A stretch of 64,000 nucleotides of DNA from Eledone cirrhosa (Eukaryota): contig OZ024740.1 of NCBI GenBank assembly GCA_964016885.1, positions 241,614,001 to 241,678,000 of the forward strand, written 5' to 3'. The notes beneath the pieces are model-generated. The model saw nothing but the letters and a program-made list of their open reading frames with translations, was not told the origin of the DNA and ran no database searches. Positions within the stretch are counted from its first letter, which is position 1, and the number at the start of each line of letters is the position of its first letter. This document shows, piece by piece, positions 23,447 to 37,669 of the stretch. The position numbers were made by a program, and so were the translations under genes.

Positions 23447-24308
23447 TTGTTTTATGAAAACAAAACTTCATTGTAGTTTTATGTTCTCATCTTAACTTGT
23501 TTCCATTTTGGAAAAGAGATCTTGTATATAAATTCCGGCACACTTAAAGTTCTTGCGCAATGATTTCCTATTTATATGAGGATTGAAAATAATAGATTTT
23601 AACATTGCCGCAAGTCCCTAAGTATTTCTTTTTAAACATTGAGGAAGGGAGCGTATGTGACAGAGTAGTTACAGTGACGGATTAAAAGTTTTAGGCTATT
23701 TGTTCCAGTATTTGCGTTCAAATCCCGTCAGGATCACCCTTCACGTGTCGATAAAATAAAACCTCAGTCAACTAGTGGAACTTATATAATTGAAATTTCC
23801 CTGACCCGAAAATGCTGGCCATGTACCTAAATTAGAAACCATTATCCTTGTTGTTATTGATATATGACCTAAAGTTGTTTTTGAATTTTCTGGAGCAATA
23901 ACCTCCATTAATTACTGGCAATAAAGTCTTTTAATTTGTTAACTACAATTTTGTTAACTACAGTTTGATCTTTCACTGTAAAAATAGTTGCTTTTTTTTC
24001 TGCCACAATATAAAATCAATGCTTATGAGTGGTGTCAATAGTCTCAAATTACCCCCCCCCCCACCCTACAAAAAAACTGTGAGATGTAAATGATTCAGGC
24101 GCTCTACCGACATAAAATACGACAGTTAGGTGTTAATATTTTTAGTTGTTCATAAGCCTGCTCAATCATGCTTATCCAACATTGTTGTAACTAATTTTAG
24201 AGTTGTTAGTATAGGATTAAAGTTCTTTTCCGCTGTAAGAAATATGGGTTTAACTTAAACATAAGACCACATATTTGGAGTGAACGAGCAGTTCATAAGA
24301 CCGATCCT

Positions 24309-24485
24309 AGACCTGTCAACTCTCCCCGCCTGACGGGGAGATCTTTCACCCATTTTGGGGTGGGTGAAAGATGTCTTCTCTTGTGAAAACGGGTATAGCT
24401 TTCATTATGTAAAATCTCCCCATTTTGCCTCATTTCTTTTTTCCGTGGTACTCCCAGTTTGGGTTTTTAGAGGTTGGCAGATTTG
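24309..24485. mobile_element. hAT-like MITE (about 175 bp); second copy at about 57185-57361
   Basis: Termini TAGACCTGTCAAC...GTTGGCAGATTTG; the internal TGTGAAAA.GGGTATAGCTTTCATTATGTAAAATCT is shared by both copies. Confidence 0.6.
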
Positions 24486-26239
24486 CCGATCCCAATACTT
24501 GGCATATAAATATTTTATCGACCCTCTTAAGGTTGAAAAAGAACGCCATCCCCTATGAGATCTGAACTTAAAACGTAAAGCGATGATAGAATTAAACACG
24601 TTAAACCCTTTTATTAGACATCCAATCACTTCTTCCAAACCCCCACCCTTCTATATAAGAAATATTGTTTTCTGATTTAGGCACAGGGCCAACAATTTTG
24701 GGAAAGGGGAAAGTCGATTAAATCGACCCTTGTGCATTATTGGTACTTTATTTAATCAACCCCGTAAGGACGAACGGTAAAGTTAGCCTCGGTCAAATTT
24801 GAACTCACATCTTAAAAGGTCATAAAGCATGTTGTCCGACGCTCCACGCATACTGCCTTCTATAAAGAAATATTGATTGTGATTTAGAGTTTGTTCTTCA
24901 CATTAAGTTAGAATAAAAAATTGAATTTTGAAACGACATCGAACTTATGTAATAAAAAATTATGCTGGATTATTCCTAATGTTGTCATCAAAAGAAATAG
25001 CCACAGTAAAATTAAATACGATAATTAGAAAAAATATTAGTTGTTTGGTACTTTGTTGTTTAGCCGAACAAACAAGATAGGCAACTTATTATTTATTGTT
25101 TCACATGAGACGGTGGCTGTTGCTCTACTGACCCAACGACGCCATTAAAATGTAACTGAACCCAATTAATGCTTCGAATTCCATAACGTTCGTAGTTCTT
25201 TTTCACGAATGCTAATTAATTAAAAAATCATATGCCTTATAAATATGTTTATATGATACATACTTGTAAAAATGCCATCCAAAGCTGAAAAATCCTTGTT
25301 AAACCCAAATCAAAACTAATCAACAACGGGGAAAGAAGCAAAATATGTGCATTCGATCCGGCATACAATAATAATGGTTTCTAATTTAGACACGAAACCA
25401 GCAATGAAAGGGGGTTGAATAATTTGAATCAGGGACTTGACTGGGATTTCATATTCTAGATCCGGAAAATGAAAGGCAAAATCAACCTTGGCAGGATTTG
25501 AACTCGAAATATAAAGGACCTTTACTAAATTATTGTCAACAAGAGCTTGGCTAAGCAAGTTTCTCAAACCTACGTTCATCCCGTTCTTCCCATATATCTA
25601 ACACAAACATCAGCTTCTAGAACATTCTAATTGAAAACTTATCTCTATCTTCAATACAAGATGAGTTGGCAATTGTAATGGAGGTCACTCCTCTTCCATG
25701 TTCTAACTAATAGAAAAATGGATATTCGGTTTGTTAAATGACACATAAATGAGTAATGCTTTGAACCTTTTGTTTTCTGGGTTTAGGTTTGCCTGTAGAC
25801 TTATAATAGACAGTTATGGGGAATAAATGGCAGAGTAGTTAAAACACAAGATAGAATGCCCTGCGTGTTAGTCCTGACTTTCTGCGCTTTGATTTTAAAT
25901 CATGTAGTGTTCAGCTTTGCCTTTCATCTAAGCGGAGTCGATAAATAGATTACCAGCATGTGGTGGTTGTGGGGAATTCTTCCTGAGAATAAAATCAATC
26001 TATAATTACACATTAACATAATTTCATCTGTACCAGAAATGCAGCTGGCTTGGTTTATTCTAGTAAAAATGTATTAGCGATCCACAATTTGTAATCTGCA
26101 CAGAGAACATGTTGTTGCCTTCTATTGTAATTGCATTGTACGGTGGTGTCACAATAAGCGCCAAAGTACGATTCCCATGGTGTTCTACGTGGAAAACTCG
26201 TCCATTAAATCCACCCATAATCGTCATATTTTCTCTTCC

Positions 26240-26720
26240 TGTTACAGAGCCTTTGTCAAAACTGAAACAAGTGTAAGAGTTGAAGTACCGAGGGAGTGTA
26301 TTCACGGGAGAAGAAAGACACAACAGAAAGATTGAGATGAATATGCAGAAAGCCAATATCATCAGCTACCAGACTGCCCCACTCCTCACACCATAGCATG
26401 AACACTAAAACTAAGCTGATCAACGCAATCTTCATTGCCACATTCACATACCAATGCCAAACCTTGACCCTGACTAGACCTCGAGAGTACAACGTTACGA
26501 CCTTCGATAAACTCAACAATATAATCGAGATAGAATCAGGGGATAGTGGAGACATATCTAATTGAAGGTCACAAAACAACAAAGAGTACGGTGGCTCGAA
26601 CCTGTCACCAGAATGCTACTCTACCAATCAGTCCATCATGTGTATAACAAATATATCTGGCTACAAAATCCGAGGTTGACCTAGATAAAAGTGGATTGAG
26701 GTGTCAAAGAAACCTCGATG
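26240..26720 (+). mobile_element. Highly degenerate RTE/RTE-X-like LINE fragment
   Basis: LKQV.ELKY.GSVF...IE..MQKA and KLINAIFIATFTYQCQTLT resemble the post-RT thumb region. Confidence 0.55.
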
Positions 26721-27329
26721 TCACATGACACCAGTCTGCAGAACGACATATTCAATGAGATAAATGGTAAGAAAAAATAAATCGTAAAAATGAAATATGG
26801 TAAAAAATGGAAAACTCTGGAGTTGATTCTCTCTCTCCTTTCTTCCCTCTCATTCTGAAACGGTTAGTTTGCGCCGTAAAAAGTGTTGAAGAACCGCCTA
26901 TTGCAGAAATGGAGAAGGGTTTATTAAAAGGCTACAACTTGAGAAGATGTCGTTAAGAGTAATTAAACGAAATAAAGAGGTTTCAACATGTTCGCTTGAC
27001 CTGCTAAAAGTAGCCACCAAATCTCCGTTAAATGACATCATCAGAATAAGGAAACATTTGACTGTATAAACGTTGATATATAAAAAGTCATGGCTAGATT
27101 GATTGTGATAAGTCTGTTCGATCAGATTTTGCTGGGGATTAAACAACAACAATGGCAACAAAATAAAGAATTAAAACCCCAACATCAATTGCGTTTCAGT
27201 TACGGCCATGTTCTTTAAAAAACGGTAAGCGTAATTTGGTTGCTATTTATATAGTAGATCACGTGACCACTTAAATCTCCCCCCCCCCCCCCATTGGCTT
27301 GGTTAGCTATAATGACATATTTACCGTGG

Positions 27330-30300
27330 AGAATGTCTACTGGAACATTCCACCAGTACTCTTTCATATTATGTATATGTGGATGTCTTCCACATTGTTG
27401 TAGCGTTTAATGTGTTTATTATCGGGGCTATCTTTTCTACGGATTGCATTGAACAGTGTTTTGGCCACTACATCATGCCTCATAGGTAGATAGTACCGGG
27501 ATGACATCTTTGGACAGGTGGGTGACATCTACGATGTGAATTGTGCAGAGTTTGCACTTGTTATCACATCTATCTGTATGCCTGCATCCCTATCTCTTTT
27601 GTGAATCAGGTATTTCGTGTTGATTTCCTGTTCTTGGATTGCAAAAGCCTATCCTTCAAATTAGGAGACAATATAGCGGTTGTGGGTCCAAGATAGACTA
27701 CTTTTCTTATCTATATTACTCTCACTCTGGAGCTTCCTCGTAACATATCCATGCATGATTATTTGCTGATAAGCATGCAATTTTTGATCCATGGATTCAC
27801 TGCGATAGTGCTGAGCGACTTCCCTGGGTGTGAGATTTTGATTATCACACAGGGAATATCTTTCGAGGAGTTCCTTCCCAACTCTCATATTATTATCAGA
27901 TAGACTTGCTCTAGAAACGGGCTCCTACGCTTCGAGGTTCGTAGATGTTGTCGGAGGGATATGATACGACATTCAAATGCCGTCTGGACTGATGTTAGGC
28001 CTCTGCCTCCCTGCTTACGTTTCAATTAGAGGCGATCTATGTCACTGTTGATGTGGAAGTTTCCGGTGTTGTTTAGTATTTTTCAAGTTCTAACATCAAC
28101 TGCTCGGATTTCGTCTATCGTCCAATTGAGTAGTCCAAACGTTGGTGTTAGGTCAGGCACAGCAAATACATTGTGAGCCACTGTTTTGTTTTGCGCAGAG
28201 AGTTCCGATGACCATATCTTTCTTAATTGGGTGTAGTATACCCTGGTTACGCGTTCCTTATTACAGATACCATTATGTTCTTATCCCCATGTATCTGTAG
28301 CAGTCCTCATCAGATATCGGTGAAACAGTTAGGCCATTGATGACAATGTTGCTAGATTGGGTTGTTGTTTTTCCCCGTTTTACAGTCATATATGAGCATT
28401 TATCTTGGCCAAACCCCATTCGTATATCCTTTGAGAATGTTGTAACCAGGTCAAGATTTTTCTTCATCCCATCCATGTTCTTGGCATAGAGTTTCAGATC
28501 ATCCACAAAGAAATTATGGGTTAGGTTCGTATTTCTGTACTCCTGTGAGCCAATGATGTATCCTTCACATTTCTTCATCAGAAAGGACAAGGGGTTTAAT
28601 GACAGGATAAATAATATCACAGAGAGAGACTGTCTCCCTGAAATATACCCCTGCGCTATTTTATTTTATCAGTGAAAATAGAGTCCCCCCCCCCCCTCTC
28701 TGTCTTTAAGTTTATGATAGTAGCCTAAGAAGAAGACAGCTTCTCAATGGCTCTGATAATAATGTCTGGGATTTAGCAAGTTGGAGGGCCTCTATCATCC
28801 ATGAGTAGGGAACAGAATCGAAAGCTTTCCTGTAGTCCAGCCAGATTGTAGCCATATTCCTCCCAAGTTGCCGCACCTCCAACATCGCAGTTTTGTTGAT
28901 TAAGAGTTGTTCAACACATCCCCAAACCCCTTTCCTTCCAGCTGCTTGTTCATCTGTGATGATGTTATTATTTTCAAAGTGATTTTGGAGGAATAGGTTC
29001 AGGCAGGCTGTATACATCTTATACATCAGGTTCTGGCATGCAATGGGTCGGTAGTTTTTTGCCAAGTGGGTGTCTTTGTTCTTGGGGACCAGTAATGTTT
29101 GTGCTAATGTAAACCATTCTGGTATAAGTGTATCTCCCCTAAGAACTTGTTGGTAGAGGTCGGTAAGATACATTCGATAGAATATCAGTTTTTTGTACCA
29201 GTAGCCGACAATCATGTCTCCTCCTGGTGTTTTCTTATCTAGAAGTTTTCCTATCACATTTTCCAGGTTATCCTCACTTATTTCGGATGTTTTTGTTGTT
29301 GTGTAGGAGCAATAGTTCTTTTAGATTTCTTTTAGTCACACTGCATCTTGGTTGTAATTCTTCTTTTCACCCCATATTTTTCTCCAAAAGGAATCTATGT
29401 CTCAGTGACACTTATTATTTTGCTCTTCATATCTCTATAGACTGATATTTGGTTTCGTCTGAATCTTTTATTAAGCACTTTTCTTTCATCCACCTTCTTC
29501 AGGTATCGGCGTTTTTTGCTGACAACTTTCAATTCTTGTTTGACGGTGATCAGCTTATATTGAAGAGTTCTGGTTCTACTGTTACCAAACATCGTCTCTA
29601 TTTTATTTTTCACTCTTTGTTGGTGAGGAGTGAAGTTTTTTGTGTGTTTGTTTGCATGTAAGGAGCATTGTCACATATCCTATGGTTTGTTGTAGGTCAG
29701 CAATCATTTTTTGTATTTTAGTTATATATGATGGTATTTTTGGTGGTGTTTTGTTCTTGTTAATATCTCTGCTATCACCAAGATAATGCTTCACTGTCGT
29801 TGCTAGGGCATATAAACAGGCGTTGATTTGCCAAAATTTTAGGGCTTTTATCCGTCGTAAATATTCATCCCCTATTTCGTCAATAACACGTAATATTTCA
29901 TTATTTGTTGTTTTTTTTTTTATTAAATATTGTTGTTTTAATACGCTCAGCAAGACAAATGTTTATACATGTTCAAGTTCTCTCTGGAAGATTTCGTTGA
30001 GGGAAATGTTCAATTGTTTATACTTTTGATTATTATCATTATCGATAGTATTTTCCACAACTGTCGAGGTAGACTCGGATGGTACACCTGGTGTGAAATT
30101 TCTTCGATTATTATTATTGTTTCTTCGATGATTATTATTATATACGATAGTGTTTTCTCCAGCATTCGAGGTAGACTTAGATGGTACACGTGTGTTAAAT
30201 TTCTTATAGGCAGAGTTGTTTCAAGGCACTGTTCGACTTGACTACTAGGAAGTCTAGTTGCATCGCGACCTGTAGCAGGTGTTGTTGAATCCATGTTTGT

Positions 30301-30843
30301 TGTGGGTGACTTACAATTAATAATATTTATCTTATTTTTACGTTCAACAAACGTCTTCTTCTTGAATTGTTTCGCTGTGACGTGATTTAGCTCTGGGTGT
30401 ATTTCGTCGCAGTGTAGCTTCATTCTATTCATATAGCCAATGGAGGGATTGTTTTTTGCCATTTAATAACAATTAAATAAATCATTATTAAGTTCGCAAC
30501 TCCAAGAGAAATGCGATTTATAATTTCGGTTTCTTCTGTAGCTACAACAGAATAAAGTTTGTTTACCTTACTTGTTTTTCTTTGGTATTCTACTAATGTT
30601 GTTGTTGTTGATGTTGTGTTCAGCCATGCTGTTTGTATCAAATCCTTGTAAAATGAATTATGTATTTAGTCGGATATCTCTATGAATTCGAATAAAAGGT
30701 GTATTCAGTGGATATAGTTAGAAGAGTAACCAGTTATTCAACATGACTGGTAGTTGTGGCATTACTGTCGGAGATAGTATTCATCTTAAATTTAATGAAT
30801 AGTCTCCCACATCAAAATATGTGAGTGATCGCGTTGACTGACT
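27330..30843 (-). mobile_element. R4/Dong-clade family A copy 3 (3' end missing)
   Basis: ORF pieces WLDYRKAFDSVP and HNFFVDDLKLY; 5' end AGTCAGTCAACGCGATC preceded by (CATA)n on its sense strand. Confidence 0.92.
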
Positions 30844-30874
30844 ATGTACGTATGTATATATGTATGTATGTATG

Positions 30875-31350
30875 TTGATTTTGGACACCCCGCAGGACTA
30901 AAAACAAAGCCTGACAAAGGGACGAAGAACTCATAAGAGTCAATTGCAATCCCAAAATGTGTAAATATGTATATACATGTATGCATGTGTATGTATATGT
31001 GCGGGGACATAGAAATAATTGGGCAGGATACCCGATCACGCGGTTAAACCACTGGGAGTGAAGGACCTCTAGCCTTTGCCAGGGCATTCTTCTAGGAGCA
31101 GGCAACCCTGGCATCTGGGATAACTCCGACATAAAACCTGCGGCTGAGTAGTTACCGATGATGGTGATCTTTTCTTCTTTTCTGGTTATAGCTACTGTCG
31201 CTCAGAGAGTAGGATTGGCTCAGTGCACAGTCTTTCCTCAGAAAAAAATCTTCACACACATGTATTGCACGATAGTATTAATTGATAATTATTAATAATA
31301 TTATATCGTGCAATGGCCATATCTGATAACGAGGGGGGGGGGGCCATCAT
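30875..31350 (+). mobile_element. Bipartite RTE derivative, type 1 (5' truncated)
   Basis: Reverse-complement homologue of 9150-9660, flanked by (TATG)n. Confidence 0.75.
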
Positions 31351-32211
31351 GTATGTATGTATGTATGTATGTATGTATGTATGTATGTATGTATGTATGT
31401 ATGTATGTATGTATGTATGTATTCTCTTTCTCTTAATTTCGAGTATATTTTTTTGACCGGCCACCTTCCTGGTGGCAAGGTTGTAAAAGAAAAGAAATTG
31501 TCATCCCTTGAATCGCAAGAATGTTTTGCAAATTTTGAAGGTGCCAGCTATCGCAGCCATTTGTAGACTATGAATTAGGGAGCTGCGCTTTTTGTCCGCA
31601 AATCCAAGTTCTGTCATACTTTGGTCCAAGCGGGTTGGTATATAACCCGTAGCACCAATAATGATGGGTATGAAGCTAAAGGTGTATCTTGGATACTGGA
31701 TTTGTATGTATGTATGTATGTATGTATGTATGTATGTATGTATGTATGTATGTATGTATGTTATATCTCTTACTCTTAATTTCGAGGATGTATGTATGTA
31801 TGTATGTATGTATGTATGTATGTATGTATGTATGTATGTATGGGCCCAGCACTATGTGTCAATAATTGTCACAAGTGTAGTGTTTGTACCAGAGTTTTCA
31901 AGTCGCTGGCTGGACTGAAAAGTCACACTCGTTCAGCACATCGGTAGGAGTTCTCCTACATGGATATAAAGTAGTGGCCGTACTCGAAAACGAGTTGGCA
32001 GCCACCATGTATGTATGTATGTCAAAGGGCAAAGGAGCTCTTAAGAGTCAATGACCATCCAAAATCACCGGGAGAGATGACCCCCTTAGCCTTTGTCAAG
32101 GCAGAATTCTAGGAGAAGGAAGACTCTGATATAACACCTGCAACCCTGATGGTATACAATGATGTTGGATTGTTCTTTTTGGTAAATATCATCTTGGTTA
32201 AGAGAGTGGGA

Positions 32212-32490
32212 CACACTGCACATCCTGTCTGTCACGCAACCTGACTAGGACGTAGTCCCCAAAATGCCATTCCTTAGATGCAGGATGTATCCATGTGGTC
32301 TTAAGTTTGTTCTTTTGTTGGAACATGGTGTTGGTAACACACAGATCCAGCTCCTCATACATCTGCAGCAGGAGCATACCATTGTTGTTACACTTTCCCA
32401 CCCCATGCCTTCCGATTACATTCCATGTGTTAAAATCCCTACCCACTAAAGTCACCAAGCACGATGACTTTGTCTGCCTGAGTGATATTT
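32212..32490 (-). mobile_element. RTE apurinic endonuclease fragment, inverted relative to the adjacent RT
   Basis: IGRHGVGKCNNNGMLLL..L.VTNTMFQQKNKLKTTW.HP.SK.WH..DYVLVR is typical RTE/BovB APE sequence. Confidence 0.85.
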
Positions 32491-34041
32491 CTTAAAACAC
32501 CTGATAAGTTCCTTGCTTTAGTTAGGTCTTTCCATGAAGACTTGGGTTAATGTCGGAGGTAACATGTCGGAGCCGATCTCGGTAAAAAATGGAGTGAAAC
32601 AGGGGGATATTCCAGCACCGACCCTGTTTGCCATATACTTTGCAATGGTTTTCTATATTGCATTCAGAAATTGCGAGCATGGTGTTTACATCCGATATCG
32701 AACCTCAGGCAGCATATTTAACATCAGGCGCTTTGCTGCGAAGACAAAAGTATTTACATCAATCATAAGAGACCTCTTGTATGCAGATAATTGCGATCTT
32801 GTAGCGCACACAGAGAGTGATATGATGCACATTTTGAATACATTTTCCGATGCTTGCACTGCCCTAGGATTGACTGTCAGTCTCAAGAAAACCGTAGTCA
32901 TGTACCAACCTGCCCCTGGTAAGCAGTACAGTGAACCAAATATCTATGTTTATGGTAAACAACTTAGAGTGGTTGATCAGTTTGTCTACCTGGAAAGCAC
33001 TGTCAATCGATACAGCAACCTTGATAGTGAAATCCCACTCAGGATTAGGAAAGCAAGTGATGCTTTCGGAAAGCTAGAAAGGCGACTCTGGGGTCGGCGA
33101 GACATATGCAAGAAGACAAAGGTAAAGGTGTACAAGGCATGTGTGCTCTCTTGTCTTCTTTATGCCTGCGAGACCTGGGTCACATATCGACACCACCTTA
33201 AGCAATTGGAGCGTTTCCATCAGATGTGTCTCAGACGGATCCATGGCGTTCACTGGAGAGTCACATCAGTGATGTCGAGATTTTGGAAGGCTCTATGTGT
33301 GACAGTATAGAAGCTCTTGTGGTTAAGCAACGACTCCGTTGGAGTGGTCACCTTGCCAGGATGAAGGATTCTAGAATACCAAAATAACTCTTTTATGGAG
33401 AGTTAGTTAAAGGAAAACGACCGCCACATAAACCAAATAAGAGGTTTTAAGGATTCCTTGAAAGCCTCTTTGAAAGACGCTAACATCTCTGCCGATACAT
33501 GGGAAAAAGTTGCTGCTGATCGTAATAAATGGAGAAAGACTGTATATGAGGGAAAAGTTGCCTTTGAGGCATCTCGAATCGCATACGAGAAAGTAAAGCG
33601 GGATGTGAGGAAGGGCATTGCTGTTGCACTTCCAGACAGCGAAGGTCCTCCTATGGTGTTGACATGCAGCGTCTGTGCGAGACTCTGCCTAAGCAAAGCT
33701 GGACTCGAAAGTCATCTTCGCAGTCATAAAGTAAGACCAGTGATTGACTACCAGGCTGCTGTTGGAGATGCTACTTATCAAGCTTGCCAAGCATGTGGTA
33801 GAGAATGTAAATCAGCAGGAGGGCTCAAACGACATGCAAAAGTACATGAACTCCAACCACAGCCGCCTATTCCAAGTGAATGTCTTGGTTGCCGACTCTG
33901 TGCAAGACATTTTAGATCATTGGCTGGACTAAAAAGCCACATTCGATTACAGCGCTGTTAATTGCTATCATGTGTGTGTGTATAGATATGTTTATGTGTG
34001 TGCGTGCGTGTGTGTATAGATATGTTTATGTGTGTGCGTGC

Positions 34042-34086
<45 letters not shown>

Positions 34087-34260
34087 TATATATTATTATT
34101 ATGTTGTTGTTGTCGTTATTATTATTGTTCTTATTATTGTCCCCTACATGTCGGCCCTTGTGGCTAATAAATGAAATCATTATTGTCATTATTATGTACG
34201 TTCTTTTTTTTTCTCTCGTGTAATGGCCATACTCGATAACGAGGGGGCAGCCATCATCAT
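32490..34260 (+). mobile_element. RTE (BovB-like) LINE, 3' half: RT plus three C-terminal C2H2-type fingers; pseudogenised
   Basis: GVKQG..PAPTLF; LLYADN (catalytic YADD mutated); frameshifts; CxxC...HxxxH repeats; 3' tail GCCATACTCGATAACGAGGGGGCAGCCATCATCAT then (GTAT)n. Confidence 0.9.
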
Positions 34261-34624
34261 GTATGTATGTCAGGGCATTCTTCTAGGAGACGGCAACTCA
34301 TGAAACTGGGATAACTCCGATATAAAACCTGCGGCTCAGTAGTTACCGATGATGTTGATCTTTTTTTCTTTTCAGATTATAGCTACTGTCGCTCAGAGAG
34401 TGGGATTGGCTCAGTGCACAGTCTTTCCTCACTTTAAAAAATATCTTCAAGCACAGGCATTGCACGATAGAATTAATTAATAATTATTAATAATGGTATA
34501 TCGTGCAATGGCCATACTCGATAACGAGGGGGAAGCCGTCATCATGTATGTATGCACGTATGTGCGAACGTACGATCGTACATACATATGTATGTATGTA
34601 TGTAAGTATGTATGTATGTATGCA

Positions 34625-34990
34625 TGTCTCTAACAAGAACTAAGGGTCTCTCTTGATGGGGTAACCGTGAGCTCGGTTTAGTGCATGAGCGCGCGGTTAG
34701 CCCAACGGGAGTGAGAGACCTCTAGTTCGTGTTAGGACATCATTCTGGGAGAAGAGTAGAGAAATTCTGATGAAAACCTGCGACTCGGTGGAAGCTAATG
34801 ATGTGGACTTGTTCTTCGTTTTGTATACCTGTCACCGTTGTTCAGGGAGGGTGCTTGGTCCACTGGAAGGTCTTTCTGTCCTTGAAAAGGCTTCAAGTAC
34901 AGGCGTCGCTTAATCTAAACGACTGTCATGTATGTAGCGTGAGCATAGTCTTTTCTTTATTCTTTCGCTTCAAGATATGCAGAAAGGAAT
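34625..34990 (+). mobile_element. RTE-type 5' UTR, third subfamily
   Basis: Shares GCGCGGTTA...GGGAGTGA.....CCTCTAG...ATTCT.GGAGAAG...AAAACCTGCG with types 1 and 2; preceded by (TATG)n. Confidence 0.6.
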
Positions 34991-35074
34991 CTAAGTCCTT
35001 GGCAGGGATAACAGGCTATGTTCGTGCCACCCATGTATGATAAGGGATGGCAATTCTTGAAAGTGAGATATAGC

Positions 35075-35339
<265 letters not shown>

Positions 35340-37400
35340 AACGTATACGAAATTTAATTTCAAGTGATAAAATATACCGTTAAACTTGGTTGAATAGTTG
35401 AGTTACCTCCCTCACAACACCAAGGGAGGCAACTACAGCGTTCTTGCAAGAGTGTCATAGTAAACAGTTTAAAGCGTTTTTGTGGTGGTAGTTTAGCCTA
35501 ATATCAACCGTGATTAAAGAGGTCTGCTATTAAAAACCTGCTGGTCGTGACCATCTCAATTGTTCAACATATTCTTCGTTAGTTGAAGGAAGGTTTCTGT
35601 TTTGCGACTACATAGAGCAGGCCTGTCTAAACTATTTACATCGCCACCACTGTTTTATATAAGAAATTTGTGACAAAGGCCCATATACTCAACTCGTTAG
35701 GTAAAATAATTTTGTTGTCGATAAAATAAAGTACCAGTAATGTACTGGGTATTTGCTGGCCTTGTGCCAAAAGTAGAAACAATTATTTTAACATGATATT
35801 TTTAGACGTTTTGTTTTTCAAATTTTAATGTACAATCGCAAAATTTTATTTTTTGTAGGAAAATTGCAATAAACGGCAAATAATAACCCTAAAGCAGAAA
35901 TATAAAATTAAAAAAAAACAATTTCATTCGCGTCACCCACTATGGGTAGGCTTGTCGTAGTTAAAATTCTTCAAATTGGTAGGCATTAGTGAGGTCCTTA
36001 TCAATTATTTGGTTTTGTTGTTTGAGATGCGTATGATAAAAAGTAATTATTCTAGTTGAATCCACAAACCAGACATACATGCCTACATGTCCTCACATCT
36101 ACACACATACATACATACATACATGTTTATGTATAGCCATAGATAAGCCATCCCCCATTCACACGCTACCCTAAAATGTCCAGTATAGAGAAAATGAAAA
36201 TAAGCAAGAAAGAGACTTGGATTGGTTAATTCATTGAGTTCCAAAAACAATCTATGTATGTGAGTAATATTAAAAATCTGTAAGCTATACTAATTGTGTA
36301 TAAGGGCATTATCCAAATTTCAGAATTGAATCTTACTTCACATAAATAAAGCAATGCTATTATTTAAGAAATCTATATATTTGTGAATGTACATCTATTT
36401 GCCTATAGTCAGGTGATTAAAAAATTACGAAATAGACACCCACAAACCCATGTACATTATTATTAACATCTCATACCGAATGTTTTTATTTCCTTTATTT
36501 AGATCAAATCAACCCCTAGTTATTAAAAGTTGATTTCAAAATATTTATCATTCTATCATAAATCTGATATATTTCCCATATTGTTGGACATTCACTCAAT
36601 TTTGTAACTAATCACATTTCCACCCCTACTGCTTGCAATCATTTACTCTTTCCTTGGTTAATTGTTTACTTGCTACTGGCAAAAGTTTACCCCTAAATTA
36701 TATGGTGATAATGTCTTTTTCTCCAGTATGTATTCATTCATGACTCTTTAAATTATTATTATTCAACACAATTCTCCCCTGTAGTAGGTTGTTTTCCCTA
36801 TAGTATTTGTTTGTGTATGAATACTTCATGTCCGCAATAGAATGTTTCCCTAGATACACGAAAACAATATTCAGAAATATTTCTGTGATTAGTAAATATT
36901 TTACTATGTAGAATTTTTCTCCTCAGTGTAATATGACATGTCATTTCAGTTCAAGAGACTCCAACTTCCCATGTGCCTAAGCCTAATCACAATAAACATA
37001 CTAAGATAGCTGGATGAGCCATGCCTCTATTGTGAACTGTTATATCTTAGACTTTCATGTGTTGGAACCAGAGCAATATTTATGTCAAGTTTAAAGTTCC
37101 ATATCGTGAAGCATTTCTCGATATGTTTGTCTGTGAATTATTTGTCTATGTTTTATAAGAGGTAACAGGTATTGTAACTGGTTATCTATATGAATATTAT
37201 TTTTCAAATAAGTCTTTTATATCGAATTAGTGGGATTCATTTCAAGAAATTGACCAATAACCGAGTTGTCTGTTCCATAGACAAATTCGGATAACCTACT
37301 AGCATATATTATCATCCTTCTTTTTACATCTGTCACTCCGACAATTGCTAGCCGGAAAAATAGATGTTAAATGAATATATATATATATATATATATATAT

Positions 37401-37564
37401 AGGAAAATGTTCAAGACCCCGACGGCAGAGCTTGAGCCCTATCGACGGCTGTCGAAACGGTTCGAGCTCTTGAACATTTTCCTATTACCCACTATACTAC
37501 TCTAAGTATTGAGTACTCTGGTGCGTTATGGTCCACCTGGTTCCTTGCCACACTTCTTTCGTTA
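37401..37564. mobile_element. (TA)n-embedded fold-back element, copy 1
   Basis: Shared 80-bp arm ATTACCCACT...GGTTCCTT plus a hairpin with ends AGGAAAATGTTCAAGA / TCTTGAACATTTTCCT. Confidence 0.8.
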
Positions 37565-37612
37565 TACATACATATATATATATATATACAATATGTAGAA
37601 AGGGTAACACAC

Positions 37613-37669
<57 letters not shown>

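Noticed and set aside
36050-37370. Possible highly decayed Penelope RT on the minus strand (DNQLQYL-like patch)
   Set aside because: Similarity is too weak to support by eye; needs a frameshift-aware HMM search.
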